A DNA stretch of 64,000 nt. Origin: Camelus ferus (taxonomy: Eukaryota). A program made the translations under genes and the position numbers. Numbering within the stretch: the stretch's first letter is position 1; each line of letters begins with the position of its first letter. This document shows, in pieces, positions 52,876-64,000 of this stretch. Below the pieces are notes generated by a model. The model was not told where the DNA came from and searched no databases. It saw only the letters and a list, made by a program, of their open reading frames with translations. The stretch is from contig NC_045697.1 in assembly GCF_009834535.1 (NCBI RefSeq), positions 24,492,001 through 24,556,000 of the forward strand. The letters are read 5' to 3'.

Positions 52876-54294
52876 ATATATAATTACATTTTTAAATGTA
52901 TTCAGATAATTTTCATCTTACAATTGGGACAGCAAAGGAAATGCAGCAGGAATATAGCACTTTCAAATATACACCTCTTTTCCAAACAGAAAGAGCAGGA
53001 CCATACCAATTTCTTTCTAATACATTTCCTTTGCAGACATGGAAGCTTAAAATATGGCCTGTATTTTACTACCCCTAAAAATGGCAATTCATTTTTCTCA
53101 AATGAAAACTGACTAGCAGAAGCTACCTTATTAAAAAAAATTGACTGATATGAATTGTTTTATTATTTTTTCAAATTTGCCTTATTTAGTACAATGAAGG
53201 TCAATAGATGCTAAAGATATATATATATTTCCAGTTTCAAAAAGTTAGCCTTCTCTTAGTTAATAAATCACAATTAAAACATGAGGCATGATTTATAAAA
53301 TCCTTAAGTGCTGAGCCAAAGCCTTAAAGGTCTATCATTTGGCTGTCTATTAATTATAAATGGAAAGAACCTGACAAATTATGTCAAAATTATCAGTAAA
53401 CTGAAACCAAAAAATGAACAGTGATTCTTCAAGGAAAAACAGATATTTTATTTAAAAATTTTAAATATGTATATATATGTGTTTGTTGGGTTTCAGAACA
53501 TAGCACTGAAATGTAAACTGAAGGTTTAAGCATCACACTAAGACAGAGAATAGAACTAGAAAGTTAAGAGGAAGAGGAGGAAAAGAAGGAAAGCACAGAT
53601 CATCTCTGGGGTTGCAGGGAAGGCCTGATGTCATTTCCAGTGTTGTCTCAATGCTCTGTCTTTTTTGGTTTTCTTTGTTTTGGAAAATGTCATGTACCAT
53701 GTGCTCCAGCTTTGCTCTGGTTTTACTGCCTGTCATAGTCACAGTTGACAAGGCTGATCTTTTTACCACCAGTCTGAGTTCAACTATACTGCTGACTTCC
53801 TCAGAGAGTGTGGAAGATTTATTGCAAGCTAGGTGCACTTTATGTTTACAGCTTTTGCAGCAATGCTGGTAATAATATACTGACAGAACCCCAAGCAACC
53901 ACTGTATGTGACAGAGGAGAGTAAATCCTAAACACACTATATCCCATACTGTATGTGAGAATATGGTTTAGTAAACGATTTTGTGTTGCTATTGTGAAAT
54001 CCATTAGCAGCCATAATTTCCAGTGTTTATATTATTTATCATTCATTCTTTTAAATAATGAAGCAAACAAAGATTTTGTGCATGTATGAAATACATACCT
54101 AGATGTTAAAAACATGATTAGAGTAAAAATGTCTTCCAAGGTTTAGGACTTACACAGTACATGGAAATATGTTGTAGGAAGATAAAAAAAGTTTTGCTTT
54201 AATACAAAGGAATGAAACTTCTGTTGTTAATTTTAATATTTTGGGGTTTCTATTAGCAAAGACAAAGTAAAGTTTCTTCTAATGCAGCAAGAAC

Positions 54295-54530
54295 CAAGAC
54301 TCAAAAGGAGTGTTTTCAATCAGACTTCTTGTATTGAAATCCCATCTGTACAATTTACTACCTGTATGAACTTGGGCCGGTTGCTCATCAGCTTTTACTA
54401 AATTTTCTAGTCAGTAAAATGAAAGAAATAATAATACCTATTCCCTAGAGTTGTGGCAAGAATGAGAGGGATTAATATGCATGAGATAATTGAATGCATG
54501 TCATGTAGTAAATGCCAAGTTAAGCTCAGC
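54295..54530 (+). mobile_element. MIR
   Basis: tgaaatcccatctg..tttactacctgtatgaacttgggc..gtaaaatg..aataataccta. Confidence 0.75.
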
Positions 54531-55179
54531 TGCTGTTACCAGAAGAATTTGTCTTATCTCTTCTTTTAATGCCCTGTAAAGTCTGGCCCTGTAGTTCCTG
54601 TTCAAAGACATTTGAGTCAAAGTCCTTCTGCAACTTGAACACTATTAGTTCTTGAACATTAATGAATTGAACCCCTGTGGGGATATCTGAGATCAGTCCC
54701 AAACTGATCTTCTGTCTTGGACTCCACATCACTGAGAAAGGGAAAGCACCATCTTCCCTTTCTTCCATCTACTAGTCAACTTCTTAATCTCATGTTTAAG
54801 ATCAGTGTCCTGATTTATTCAGCTCTGGTTCATTGACCATTAGTGCTCATTCCTATCCGTTTCTGCTCTGCCCTCTGGAAGCTTCATGACATTATTAATA
54901 AAGTAATCTAAATCATCAACAATTTTGCAGAAAGAAGGTTTTCTCCCTTTTGTGGATGTACCTGAAACTTAATTACCTAAGAACAGACTACTTAGATATC
55001 CCTTTTCTGTACTGACTCCTCCTTCTCCAGCAGGTCTCAACCTAATTCACTCCTTCATTTGGCACATGGGGCAATCAGTGGTGCACTTTCTAGCTTCCTC
55101 TTCAGCCTGATCCCTGCCAGAACCTGCCTCACAAATTATATCTTATCATCAAAACATGGATTCTCTGCAGATGCTACCA

Positions 55180-55640
55180 CCTCATTCATTTATTCATCCA
55201 TTCACACAGGATTTCATCAAAACACATTAATTGAATAACCATCATGAAAGATGTCAGATATTTAGCCCAGAACAAAGGCAGACTTTACCCTGTACTCATG
55301 TTCTTCCTAAAGTATGCTGTTTCAGACTTTAATTCTTTTACTTATGCTTTCTTCTGTCACCTAGAAAAATAATAAACATCTTTTAAAATTTAGTTAAATT
55401 AATCCAATCAGGAAATCTTTTCTCACACTTTTCTGTCCCTAATCTGAGATAGATACCCTTATTCTTCACGTAAAGATCGTGTCCCCCTGTATGTCTATTA
55501 CTATGTTTATAAACTTATATTGAAATACCTGTTTCCAGATGAAAGGATTTCAGCAGGAAGGGATCATATTCGTATCTTCAGCTCCTAGCACGATGGATGA
55601 TAAATACTAGAAACTAGAAATAATTGATTGAATACAAATG
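55180..55640. mobile_element. L2 fragments (both orientations)
   Basis: cattcatttattcatccattc (L2 tail, minus); gtatcttcagctcctagcac..ttgattgaat (plus). Confidence 0.5.
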
Positions 55641-56152
55641 ATATCTCTCACTTACAGGGGAAACCCAATGCTCCTTTTATCATATAGACCAATTTAGACT
55701 GGAGCATCGCATATTTAACTCCCTTCCGCATCTATTACAGCATCTTATTCCTTAGTTCCATTCTCAGTAAGTCTTGGATAAGTAATATTAGTCTTATTTT
55801 TCAAGCACAATTAAAAGTTTGTAAGAAAAGACCAGTATAAAATAGAGACTTGCCATTATTTGATATCCCTTAATATCTTATATCAGTGCTAGAAATGTAA
55901 CAGTACTCAATAGATATACGATCTCTCTGTGTATTAAAAATAAGATGCCAGGTCTTACATTGCTGCTTTGCAAATTTCAAATTAAAAATACCTCAATGTG
56001 CTTTTATTAAGGATGGCTATTTATAGTCATAAGTGAAATGGGGGCATTATGATTAATGTAAAATGCAAAGTTAGTGTTCAGAGTGCCTCGTGTTTTTTTT
56101 TTTTTTTTTCAATTTAACAATCTATAGTTCTGATTAGAAAATAATTATCACT

Positions 56153-56595
56153 TGTCATCTGGTTCTGCAAAAATGAAGTCTCTAACCACTGCAGCTGCTG
56201 ATCATTAACACACCTTGAAAGAAGTTAAGGGCAGAGATCAGGAATGAGGCACTCTATGTTCTGAAAAAACTGGCAGAACAGGCCTTCAGATAGTCAGGTA
56301 TTTCCAGGAGAAAATTTTGTGAACCCAGTTTCTTGCATCTTCTCATAATTAGAAAAGCACTAAAATCATTAACAGAGACATCTGCTCCTCCTGACTAGCA
56401 GCAACCTTCTGCTGAGGTGTGTGCTTGATTGCAAACACCCCATTTGCCGAAATCACAGATATACTGACCTCCCCCCTTACCTCTCTGGACCAGTTCCTCA
56501 CAGTTATCTAAGAGTTTGTGTCCCAGGCTAAAGTCCTAGTAAGTCTCCAAATAAAACTGAAACTCAACATTGCTCACATTTTGGTTTTTTGAAAT
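56153..56595 (+). mobile_element. ERV1-class solo LTR (cetartiodactyl-type)
   Basis: Starts TGTCA, with tatactgacctcccccctt, and AATAAA (ccaaataaaactg, ~56550) near the 3' end. Confidence 0.7.
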
Positions 56596-57194
56596 ATGAA
56601 AATTAAAATAAAATCATGATTTAATTTAGAGTCAAAGTTTACCCAGATATGGAACAACATGGTAATCTATCTCTGGGTTCCCTTTGTGAATAATGTCTAG
56701 GTTAAGATCCTTTTTTGTAGTGTGACCATTTCTTTTCATTATAAATGTTTATTTTCCAAACCTATGAAAGCTTTAGTTTGTGTCCTTTTAGTGAAATATG
56801 TGTTTGCTGTGTTTTCTTGACAAACCATGGCTTTACCATGAGAGGTTCACTGTAACCTTTACAGTGTCTTTATTTTTCACTTCTATTCATAAACACAGCC
56901 ACCCTGGTAATAAAGAATAGAGGATACTGCTGAAGTTGAGGATAAAGACAGGGTGAGCAAAAGATGGCTTGGAAATTTACAAAAGAAAGTTGTTTTAGGA
57001 AATGATCTCAAAGTGTGGAGAGGGTTAAAACAATATAAAACTATTAATAGTACTCTAATTGAGTATGCAATTGTATGATTATTTGCATTTGTTGATTACT
57101 TTCATCCTCCTATTTGTCTGGTCCATCAAAGAAGAAAGGTGAGGCAATGAGGAACCATAAACACTTAGATTATTATTTAAACACACTCCAGGCA

Positions 57195-57662
57195 GGCCAT
57201 ACAGTCTCCTTGGCTTGAGTAAATTTCAGGCAGGCTTCTTGACTATGGGTCTCTGACCTCACTTGTCTTATAGCAGTTGCTTTAGAAAAACTTGCATTTA
57301 TAAATTCTTTCTCTGCCTCTTTGAGATGTAAATCTTCTGCAATCCCGAAGTGTCTTTCTCAAGGACTTGGGAGCCATCTCTCTGAAATATAATCAAGAAA
57401 GACCAGTTCCCTATCTCCAGGCTCTGTGGGAAGGTAGGAGCTTAACTTCGATAAATGACAATTAGCAAATACAGATGGCCTATGCACACCGACTAACCTC
57501 CCATCTCATTTCCTCCAGTACTCTTCCGTCACCTCACTCCACCTTTTAAAAATCACTCTGCCTTTTGTTTGAGTGGGACTGAAGCAATCTCGCTCCCTGA
57601 TTGTGATAGTCTTGAATAATGTCTTCCTTTCCTGTTTAATCTGATGCAGTGTTTTCTTTTAG
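57195..57662 (+). mobile_element. ERV1-class LTR (MER34/MER39/MER31-like)
   Basis: ctttgagatgtaaatcttct..tctcaaggacttgggagccatctctctgaaat..ctctgtgggaaggtaggagcttaacttc..gtcttgaataa. Confidence 0.8.
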
Positions 57663-58157
57663 AGTTCTTAAGAGGTGCAAGGCCAGGAGTCCAAAAAATA
57701 TACAAAATTCTGTTACTATTTTGACTCTTTTTCTCACATGTGTTATCTTACTTCATATTTTCCTAATTTGGGATGATTACCATTTATATTGTCTAATTTC
57801 AGTTTCAAGTAAAATCAGTGGAACAACTCTCTCTCTCTCTTTACTTCATTATTATTTTAAACCAAGTTCTTAAAAAAAATTTTTATCTTTAAATAAGGCT
57901 ATGAGAAGTGTAAGTTTATCAGGAAGTACATATGAGTACATGCCTGAAGGCAGTTTAAATGAGGAAAGCAATTTGAGTTCCTGACCTAAAATGTGTTGCA
58001 TAAAGTACAAATTAGTTAACCTACTTAGAAAAGAACTCATTCAGACACTGAGTCTAAGAGGCATGAATCTGGAAGTGTACTTAAGCTGAGGCTTGGCCTC
58101 AGAGTCAGACCTCAGTCAGAGTTGCCAACCAAATCCAGCATCTGCTCTAGGTTACAC

Positions 58158-58575
58158 TGTGAAGGGGCAGAGGTGGACTTCAGGCTTGTGGGGCCAACTG
58201 ATCTCCTTCAAAGTCCACCCCGTTCCTGGGCTCTCAGACGTCTGACATTCTTTGCTGGGCATGTTTCCCCTGGCAAACTAATAGCCCCAGGTAATGCCCA
58301 CCTTATCAGAGTCAAACCCCACTGCCCTTCACAGACCCTAAACCTCTTACTTCACCTGAAACCAATCAGAGACTTGTGCACAAGCTGATCAGGCACCTTG
58401 TGACCCGACCTTATAAAAGACCCCAATAACCTGCCCTCAGTGCTCATTTGGGCACCTCTTGCCTGTGTGGCCCACTGTTTTCTGTGGCAGTGTACCCTAA
58501 TAGACTCCTTTCTGTTCTTATACTTGGCCTCTGGTAAATTTTTTCCCAACCCTTGTGTCACTGACTCACACAACA
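58158..58575 (+). mobile_element. Solo ERV LTR with intact-looking core promoter
   Basis: TG..CA termini, CCAAT at 58362-58366, TATAAAA at 58412-58418, and AATAGA at 58499-58504 where AATAAA is expected. Confidence 0.75.
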
Positions 58576-58887
58576 AGGCTGTCTTATTCCAAGATTATTC
58601 TCTTACGTTTTCCCTCTTCTTTTGATCCCTGTGTGAAGCCCTTATTTCAGGGTCTCACACATAAACACCTTTACTGAACTTACCTCTTCATAAAATCACT
58701 GCTTTTTATTTTTACCGAGACTTTGTACACCAGACCAAGGCTTACCTAGTCTATATTCTACTTCTTCTGGATTCAGCTCATTGACAGGTCAACCTGATGA
58801 GTTATGTGAACCTGTGAGCAAATCAGGCTGCCCTTACAGGTACCATATTTATGTTTTAACAGGGACCTCTGGACAGAGATTTAATCC

Positions 58888-59011
58888 TAGGGTGACCATA
58901 CCATATATATTGATTTTCCCAACCCCAATTGTGCCAGTGTAATTATTTATAATATGCCCTTTTATTCTTAAAAGTGCCCCAGTTTGGATATAAATTTAAA
59001 TGGTTGCCCTG
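58888..59011. mobile_element. MER94-like hAT-Blackjack MITE
   Basis: TIRs agggtgaccat ... atggttgccct, with internal aaaagtgccccagtttgga. Confidence 0.8.
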
Positions 59012-59324
59012 TGGATTAAAAAAATTAGAATGGTCATCTACTCTAATGATGGAAGTTTCAGATACAAAGGCAAATTGTTAGAGAGAAGACTGCCAGATTC
59101 TGAGGCCTTAAAAATCATAATACAAGGGGCATTTTCACATGATTTATGGTCCTAGGGAATCCAAAATTCTGGTGGTTAATTGCCTTGAAGTTATCAGGCC
59201 TTAGGCAGGATTTGAGAGGACCTGTCATAAACACTTAGAAATTTTAAATATATAGGAGGTGATGATGATGAAAACCTGGACAAGCGAATGAAAAAACTCC
59301 ACGAAATAATAATTGTAATTTAAT

Positions 59325-59550
59325 TTTTTCTAACACTTATAGTTTCAAGCACTCTTCCAAATACTTTATTAGTATTAACTCATTTAATCACAGCAACACC
59401 TCTATGAGTATAATATTATCATTCTACCCATTTTATGGATGAGAAAACTAAGGTAAAGAGAGGTTATGTACTTATGCAAGTCAGTAAGAAGTAGTGAAAC
59501 TGGAAACACAGATAGTTTTGTTTTAAATTTGCATGATCTAAGACACAATT
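59325..59550 (-). mobile_element. MIR
   Basis: aactcatttaatc..cccattttatggatgagaaaactaagg..agaggttatgtactt. Confidence 0.85.
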
Positions 59551-61069
59551 TGTACTTCCTCTCAGGAAAAGAAGAGAGAAGGAAAAAGAGAAAGAAAGAG
59601 ATTGATTCTGCTTTCATCCACAGTAGATAGTAGACCTGTGAATGAACCCTTGTATCTCCTGATATTTACTCTACTTTTGTGCTACCTTCCTTCTCCCACC
59701 TTTGAGAACTCCCCACCCTCACTGCCAAGCTATCCTACTCTTCAACTGCCATCTCTCATTTCCCATTCAACTCTCGTTTCCATCTTATCTTGTTCTCAGT
59801 TTCCAGGCAAGGATGTCAGACTGTCAATTCCTTCATGTTCCACTGTTGCATGGGAGTCACAGATTCAAGACCCAAAGGAGGAAGAGAGAGTCATCATTAG
59901 GAGATGGTCTCACAGTAGACTATCAGACTATAATGATTAGTGCATGCCAAATATCATGACTTCTATACATTCCTTTAATAAGAATTTTGTCATTCTCTGC
60001 CATGGGTTGCGTTTTCAAAGCCCTTTTCTGCCTATTTATCTTGAGGATTTGGAGGTTTCAGGGCCAGAGTGCTGTTTGCATGAGGAAGGGGCTGCTATAC
60101 AAGAATCTATCTGATGGAAGGCAAAGACACTCAGAGTAAGCATATGACAAATGCAAACTTTTAGAAACTACTTCGTGAACTCTATGTTGAGTTGAACTAT
60201 GACAATCTGTCCTCCTCTAGGATGGGTGAGCTTGTCTCATTTAGCCTTCCCTCTTTGATACGTGTATTATATTTTCAGTGTGTATTAATAGTCCATTCTA
60301 TGAATATACTATCAGGGTATACCTGGATCTATATACAATACTGCAAACGCTATACTGTATGAACAAACTGAAATCAAGGAAAACTCAAGGTAAAATATTC
60401 CTAAGAATGTATTTCTACAAATCACATATGAGTGGCCTAGATTTCTCTAATTTGACATGGTTATAAAAATAGATGTGTCACATCATTTATTGGCATCCTT
60501 GCTCTTTAGTTAATCTACCAAAATGCAAAGTGTAAAGGCAGAGAATTTTTTCCCTCTTGTACCTAATTGCATCTGACACCAGAATTTCCAGCCAAATGAA
60601 TCATGACTGGCACTGCACGTGACGTCTTCTAAAGTTCTCAGGTTCTCCAACATGCCATGGGGATGCCGGAAGAGTTTCAGGACAATGCCTGTTAGAGGGA
60701 GGGTCATCAGTTGAAGGGTGGCAGTTATTTAAAGTCTCCCTAATTTTAAAAGTAGAAAAATGATGAGATCCAGAACAATGAGATTGAAAACATATAGTCC
60801 AAGAAGTCCAGAAAAAAACAACAATAAGCCACAAGAAAAAAAATTATCAATGTATAGACAAAAAACACAAAAATCCTTTTGACTTGATGACATTTCTGAC
60901 AACTTTCTATATTTTCAAAATATATTTGTGTCCAAAAAATTAGACTGTAGAAATATAATCTGATTTGATAACAGTAGAGTTTTATTGATCATTGAATAAC
61001 AAATAGAAATTAATTCAGATTTGAATTTTTTAGCTTCTAAATTTTAAACTCATTAAAGATGTGAATGGG

Positions 61070-61295
61070 GTTTAGTGCAGAGGCAGTAAAGTAGGAGTTA
61101 AGAATTCAAGCTCTGAAACTGTAAAAAATTGGGGGTTGAATTCCAGTTCCATCATTTGCTACCTTGTTAAGCACTAATTTCTGTATTTTTAGAATAGAGT
61201 TAATAATAGATCTTTTTTCACAGGGTTTTCTCAGGTGTTAAATAATAGACTACCTTCTACCAAGAGTAATATAAGTAATAGTATTCTTGTTATAA
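61070..61295 (+). mobile_element. MIR
   Basis: gttaagaattcaagctctg..gggttgaattccagttccatcatttgcta. Confidence 0.7.
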
Positions 61296-63739
61296 TTATG
61301 CATTTAAGTGTTTTATTGAATAATTTTAAGGCATTGATAAAGTAATACTGCTTCTGCTATAAAAATATTTAGGTTTGTAGAATAATGTCATTGATTCAAA
61401 CTCAAAGGAGTATGTTGTCCTTTGTGTTTCTAACCAGTTCTTTCTGTCCCTCTTGACTATTCCACGTCTTTATCTACACTGTGGTAGCTTCATATTTATT
61501 TTATATTATTTCTCACCAAAGCTTTATAAATGATTTTTAAACTTGTCTCCCTGACCAACAACCCCCACACTCAGCTTTCATCACTAACACTTTGTTCTCA
61601 TTTTCCTAAAATGATAATTGCATTGCTTTTGACTAGAACACGTCTTTGGTTTACAACTGTGTAAGTGTGCTAGCGTTTACTATACAACTATTAGTGGCAC
61701 ATATCCAACTTTCTGGTAGAAATTGCATATGCTATCTCAATTTCATTCTCCAAACACTCTGATGAGTTTCATAGTAGTATCTCCAAGACTGATGATAAAA
61801 TTTGCAAGTAACACCATGGCAATGAGGACCATCAAAATCTGTTCCAACCACTGACTGTTCCAGATCTTCTTGCCACTGATTCCTTCCTTCTTTACTCCCC
61901 AAAGCAAGTACTTGTTGTAGCTATATGGAATATCTTGCATCTTCTAGGACCTCTTATGGTCTTCCACATTTTTGTGTCTTTGAACATCAAATTCTTCCTT
62001 CTTAGACTGCCCATTTCTAATCTCTATCTTTGGAAGAATTCATCTTATGTTAGAAGAACCAGAGGAATTGTGCATACATTGCATAACACGTTTATCTTTA
62101 TCATACACAGTGTATCTGTGTGTGTATCGTGGGGGGGGGGTGTCTATATCTGTGTGTAGTTTGTTTGCTTTTTACTTTTTGGCCTACTAGAGTAAAATTT
62201 CTTTAAATATAGTCACACTTAAAGTAAGTCAAAGGTCCTTATTTTAATTTATTTTAAGTTTTTTGTTCACAGTTCCTAGCATAGTTTCAGGCACATTACA
62301 GGTGCTCAAAAATGCCAGCTTTAATTAGTGAGCAAACGAATAACTTTCTATGATGTTGATATTTGGTATTGTGAAGTCAAAATACTATTCAAAATATTGC
62401 CACCAGAAAAGACTATTGTGTTTGCATCTAGCCGTTATTTCTAATGACAGTTCTGATTTGATATTTTAAATGATCTGACCTGTGACAATTAAGAAAATAT
62501 TTCAAAACTGCATTTTCTGAGTTGATGTTTTAAGCTTGACTTTAACCATGAAAAAGTAGGAAATATTTAAATAAATTTTTTTTCTTAATAGATTCCTAGT
62601 CTCTTTTTCATAACATTACATTTTTGGCAGCTGATACTTATGGAATAAAAATGATGTGAATCTAATAATAAAATGCACACTAGCCAACTCTATTTCCTGC
62701 AGAATACTCTATAAAGTAAATTATAATAAACCAAAATCTTCTAGACAGTAATGATGGATAATTCCAATCTATCTTATTTCATGAATAAAAATATACCTAT
62801 CATAAATCCTTTCTTTTTAACGTAAATGACTACTGTTAAATTTCTGATGGTGCTACCTCCCACAAATTATCACCTGAGAATCCTTAAAAAGAAGTTGAAA
62901 TATATTATAGATGATTTCATTCTTAGCATTCATATTGATCCATACACTGTATCTGACTTATTGAAATCATTTGTCTTTCTAAAACATATTTTATTCAATG
63001 ATTGTGATACTTCATATTAATTCATCATCGTGCTTCAGATGCCAGCTACATTTAAATATAAAAGACCTGTATTTATCCCTAAGCAATAAACATCTATTGG
63101 TCTCACTAGTATAGAAAATATGTGCACAAAATATAAAGAGCAAGAAAAACTTACTTTAACTGACACAGAATTCAATAATTCTCTTCTTTTCCTTTATTTT
63201 CTCTCTGCTTTACCATTTTATATTCTATACCCTTAACTTTCTGGTCATTTACATCACTTTCTCTGCTGTCATTAGTAGAGGTGTGTAAGATAGAAGAAAG
63301 GGTTAGGAAGCTATTTTTTTTTCAGTATTTAATATATAAAAGGCCATTTACACACATTGTTCCATTTATAAGATGAATGTTATTTCCCTCACTTTTTTCA
63401 GATGAGGAAATGGCGACACCATAACATGTACCTAATACTAAGTGTACTAACTGATAGATGGTATAGTAAAGCCATTTTTAAAGGCTGACTTAAGTCAGAG
63501 ATGTCTTCAGGAAAGAAGCAAAGGCATGGAAAAGATATGACATGTTAGAATTTGAGTTAGGAAATACCTAATGGAGAATTTGTTTAAGGGAAAAGGTTTG
63601 AATATATTTGGAATCAAAAAAAAGATTTCATAAAGAACTATGAAGTTCTCAAAGAAGAAATACTTATGTCTGAGAACCAATCAAGAGTGTCACTGAATTA
63701 TAAGCTCTAGCTGCCACCTGGTCACTATAACTGCTTTCT

Positions 63740-64000
63740 GTACAGAGCCCAGCAAGCATGAAGAAGAGTTACTGTGGCAGAAGTGGCCTGTAAACAGGAG
63801 GAGGTAAGTACTGCTGTTATCTGATGGAGGGCAGGAAGTACAGGCTAACACACAGGTAATCCTCTAGGGTTCCTTTTGGCACTCCCTTACCTGATTATGA
63901 TGGTAAATGTTTAAGTGAAGCAACCTCAAGAATATAGTGACAAGGGGCTCAGACACCTTGAGGATGATTTCAGTGTTATCCCCACAGGGAAGCAAGGACT
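63740..64000 (+). mobile_element. ERV-L/MaLR internal relic (dUTPase end and 3' region), running off the window end
   Basis: caggaggaggtaagtactgctgtta..ggtaatcctctagggttccttttggcactccc..aggggctcagacacc is homologous to ~2315-2520 of the first ERV-L. Confidence 0.7.

Noticed and set aside
59602..59959. Overlapping 112-aa and 85-aa ORFs
   Set aside because: Non-ATG start for the longer ORF, low-complexity pyrimidine-rich sequence and no recognisable homology.
1..64000. Prokaryote-style systems (CRISPR arrays, operons, defence islands) or a novel multi-gene system
   Set aside because: The DNA is mammalian and repeat-rich, with no regular repeat-spacer array and no ORF longer than 134 codons. 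The short ORFs in the track are consistent with chance or transposon remnants.

Overview
This is AT-rich, CpG-poor mammalian genomic DNA, most likely camelid (camel, alpaca or llama). The inference rests on two tRNA-derived SINEs of the Vic-1 type, a recurring young L1 3' end, and the absence of recognisable Alu, B1, Bov-B/Bov-A2, PRE-1 or Can-SINE elements. I recognise no host protein-coding exon or RNA gene, so it reads as intergenic DNA or a large intron. It holds five degenerate ERV-L/MaLR internal relics (RT, RNase H, integrase, dUTPase, gag), more than a dozen LTRs, old and young L1s, HAL1, L2, MIR and DNA transposons (Tigger13a-, MER44-, MER58-, MER63-, MER94-, MER33- and MER5-like). 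I found no convincing novel biological system. The best leads are a TSD-flanked chimeric retro-insertion (L1 piece plus about 180 bp of non-L1 sequence plus poly-A) at about 32.1-32.6 kb, a solo LTR with intact CCAAT/TATA but a mutated poly-A signal at about 58.2-58.6 kb, and an orphan terminal-exon-like ORF at 53.5-53.9 kb. Repeat family names come from recalled consensus sequences, not a search, and most boundaries are approximate.
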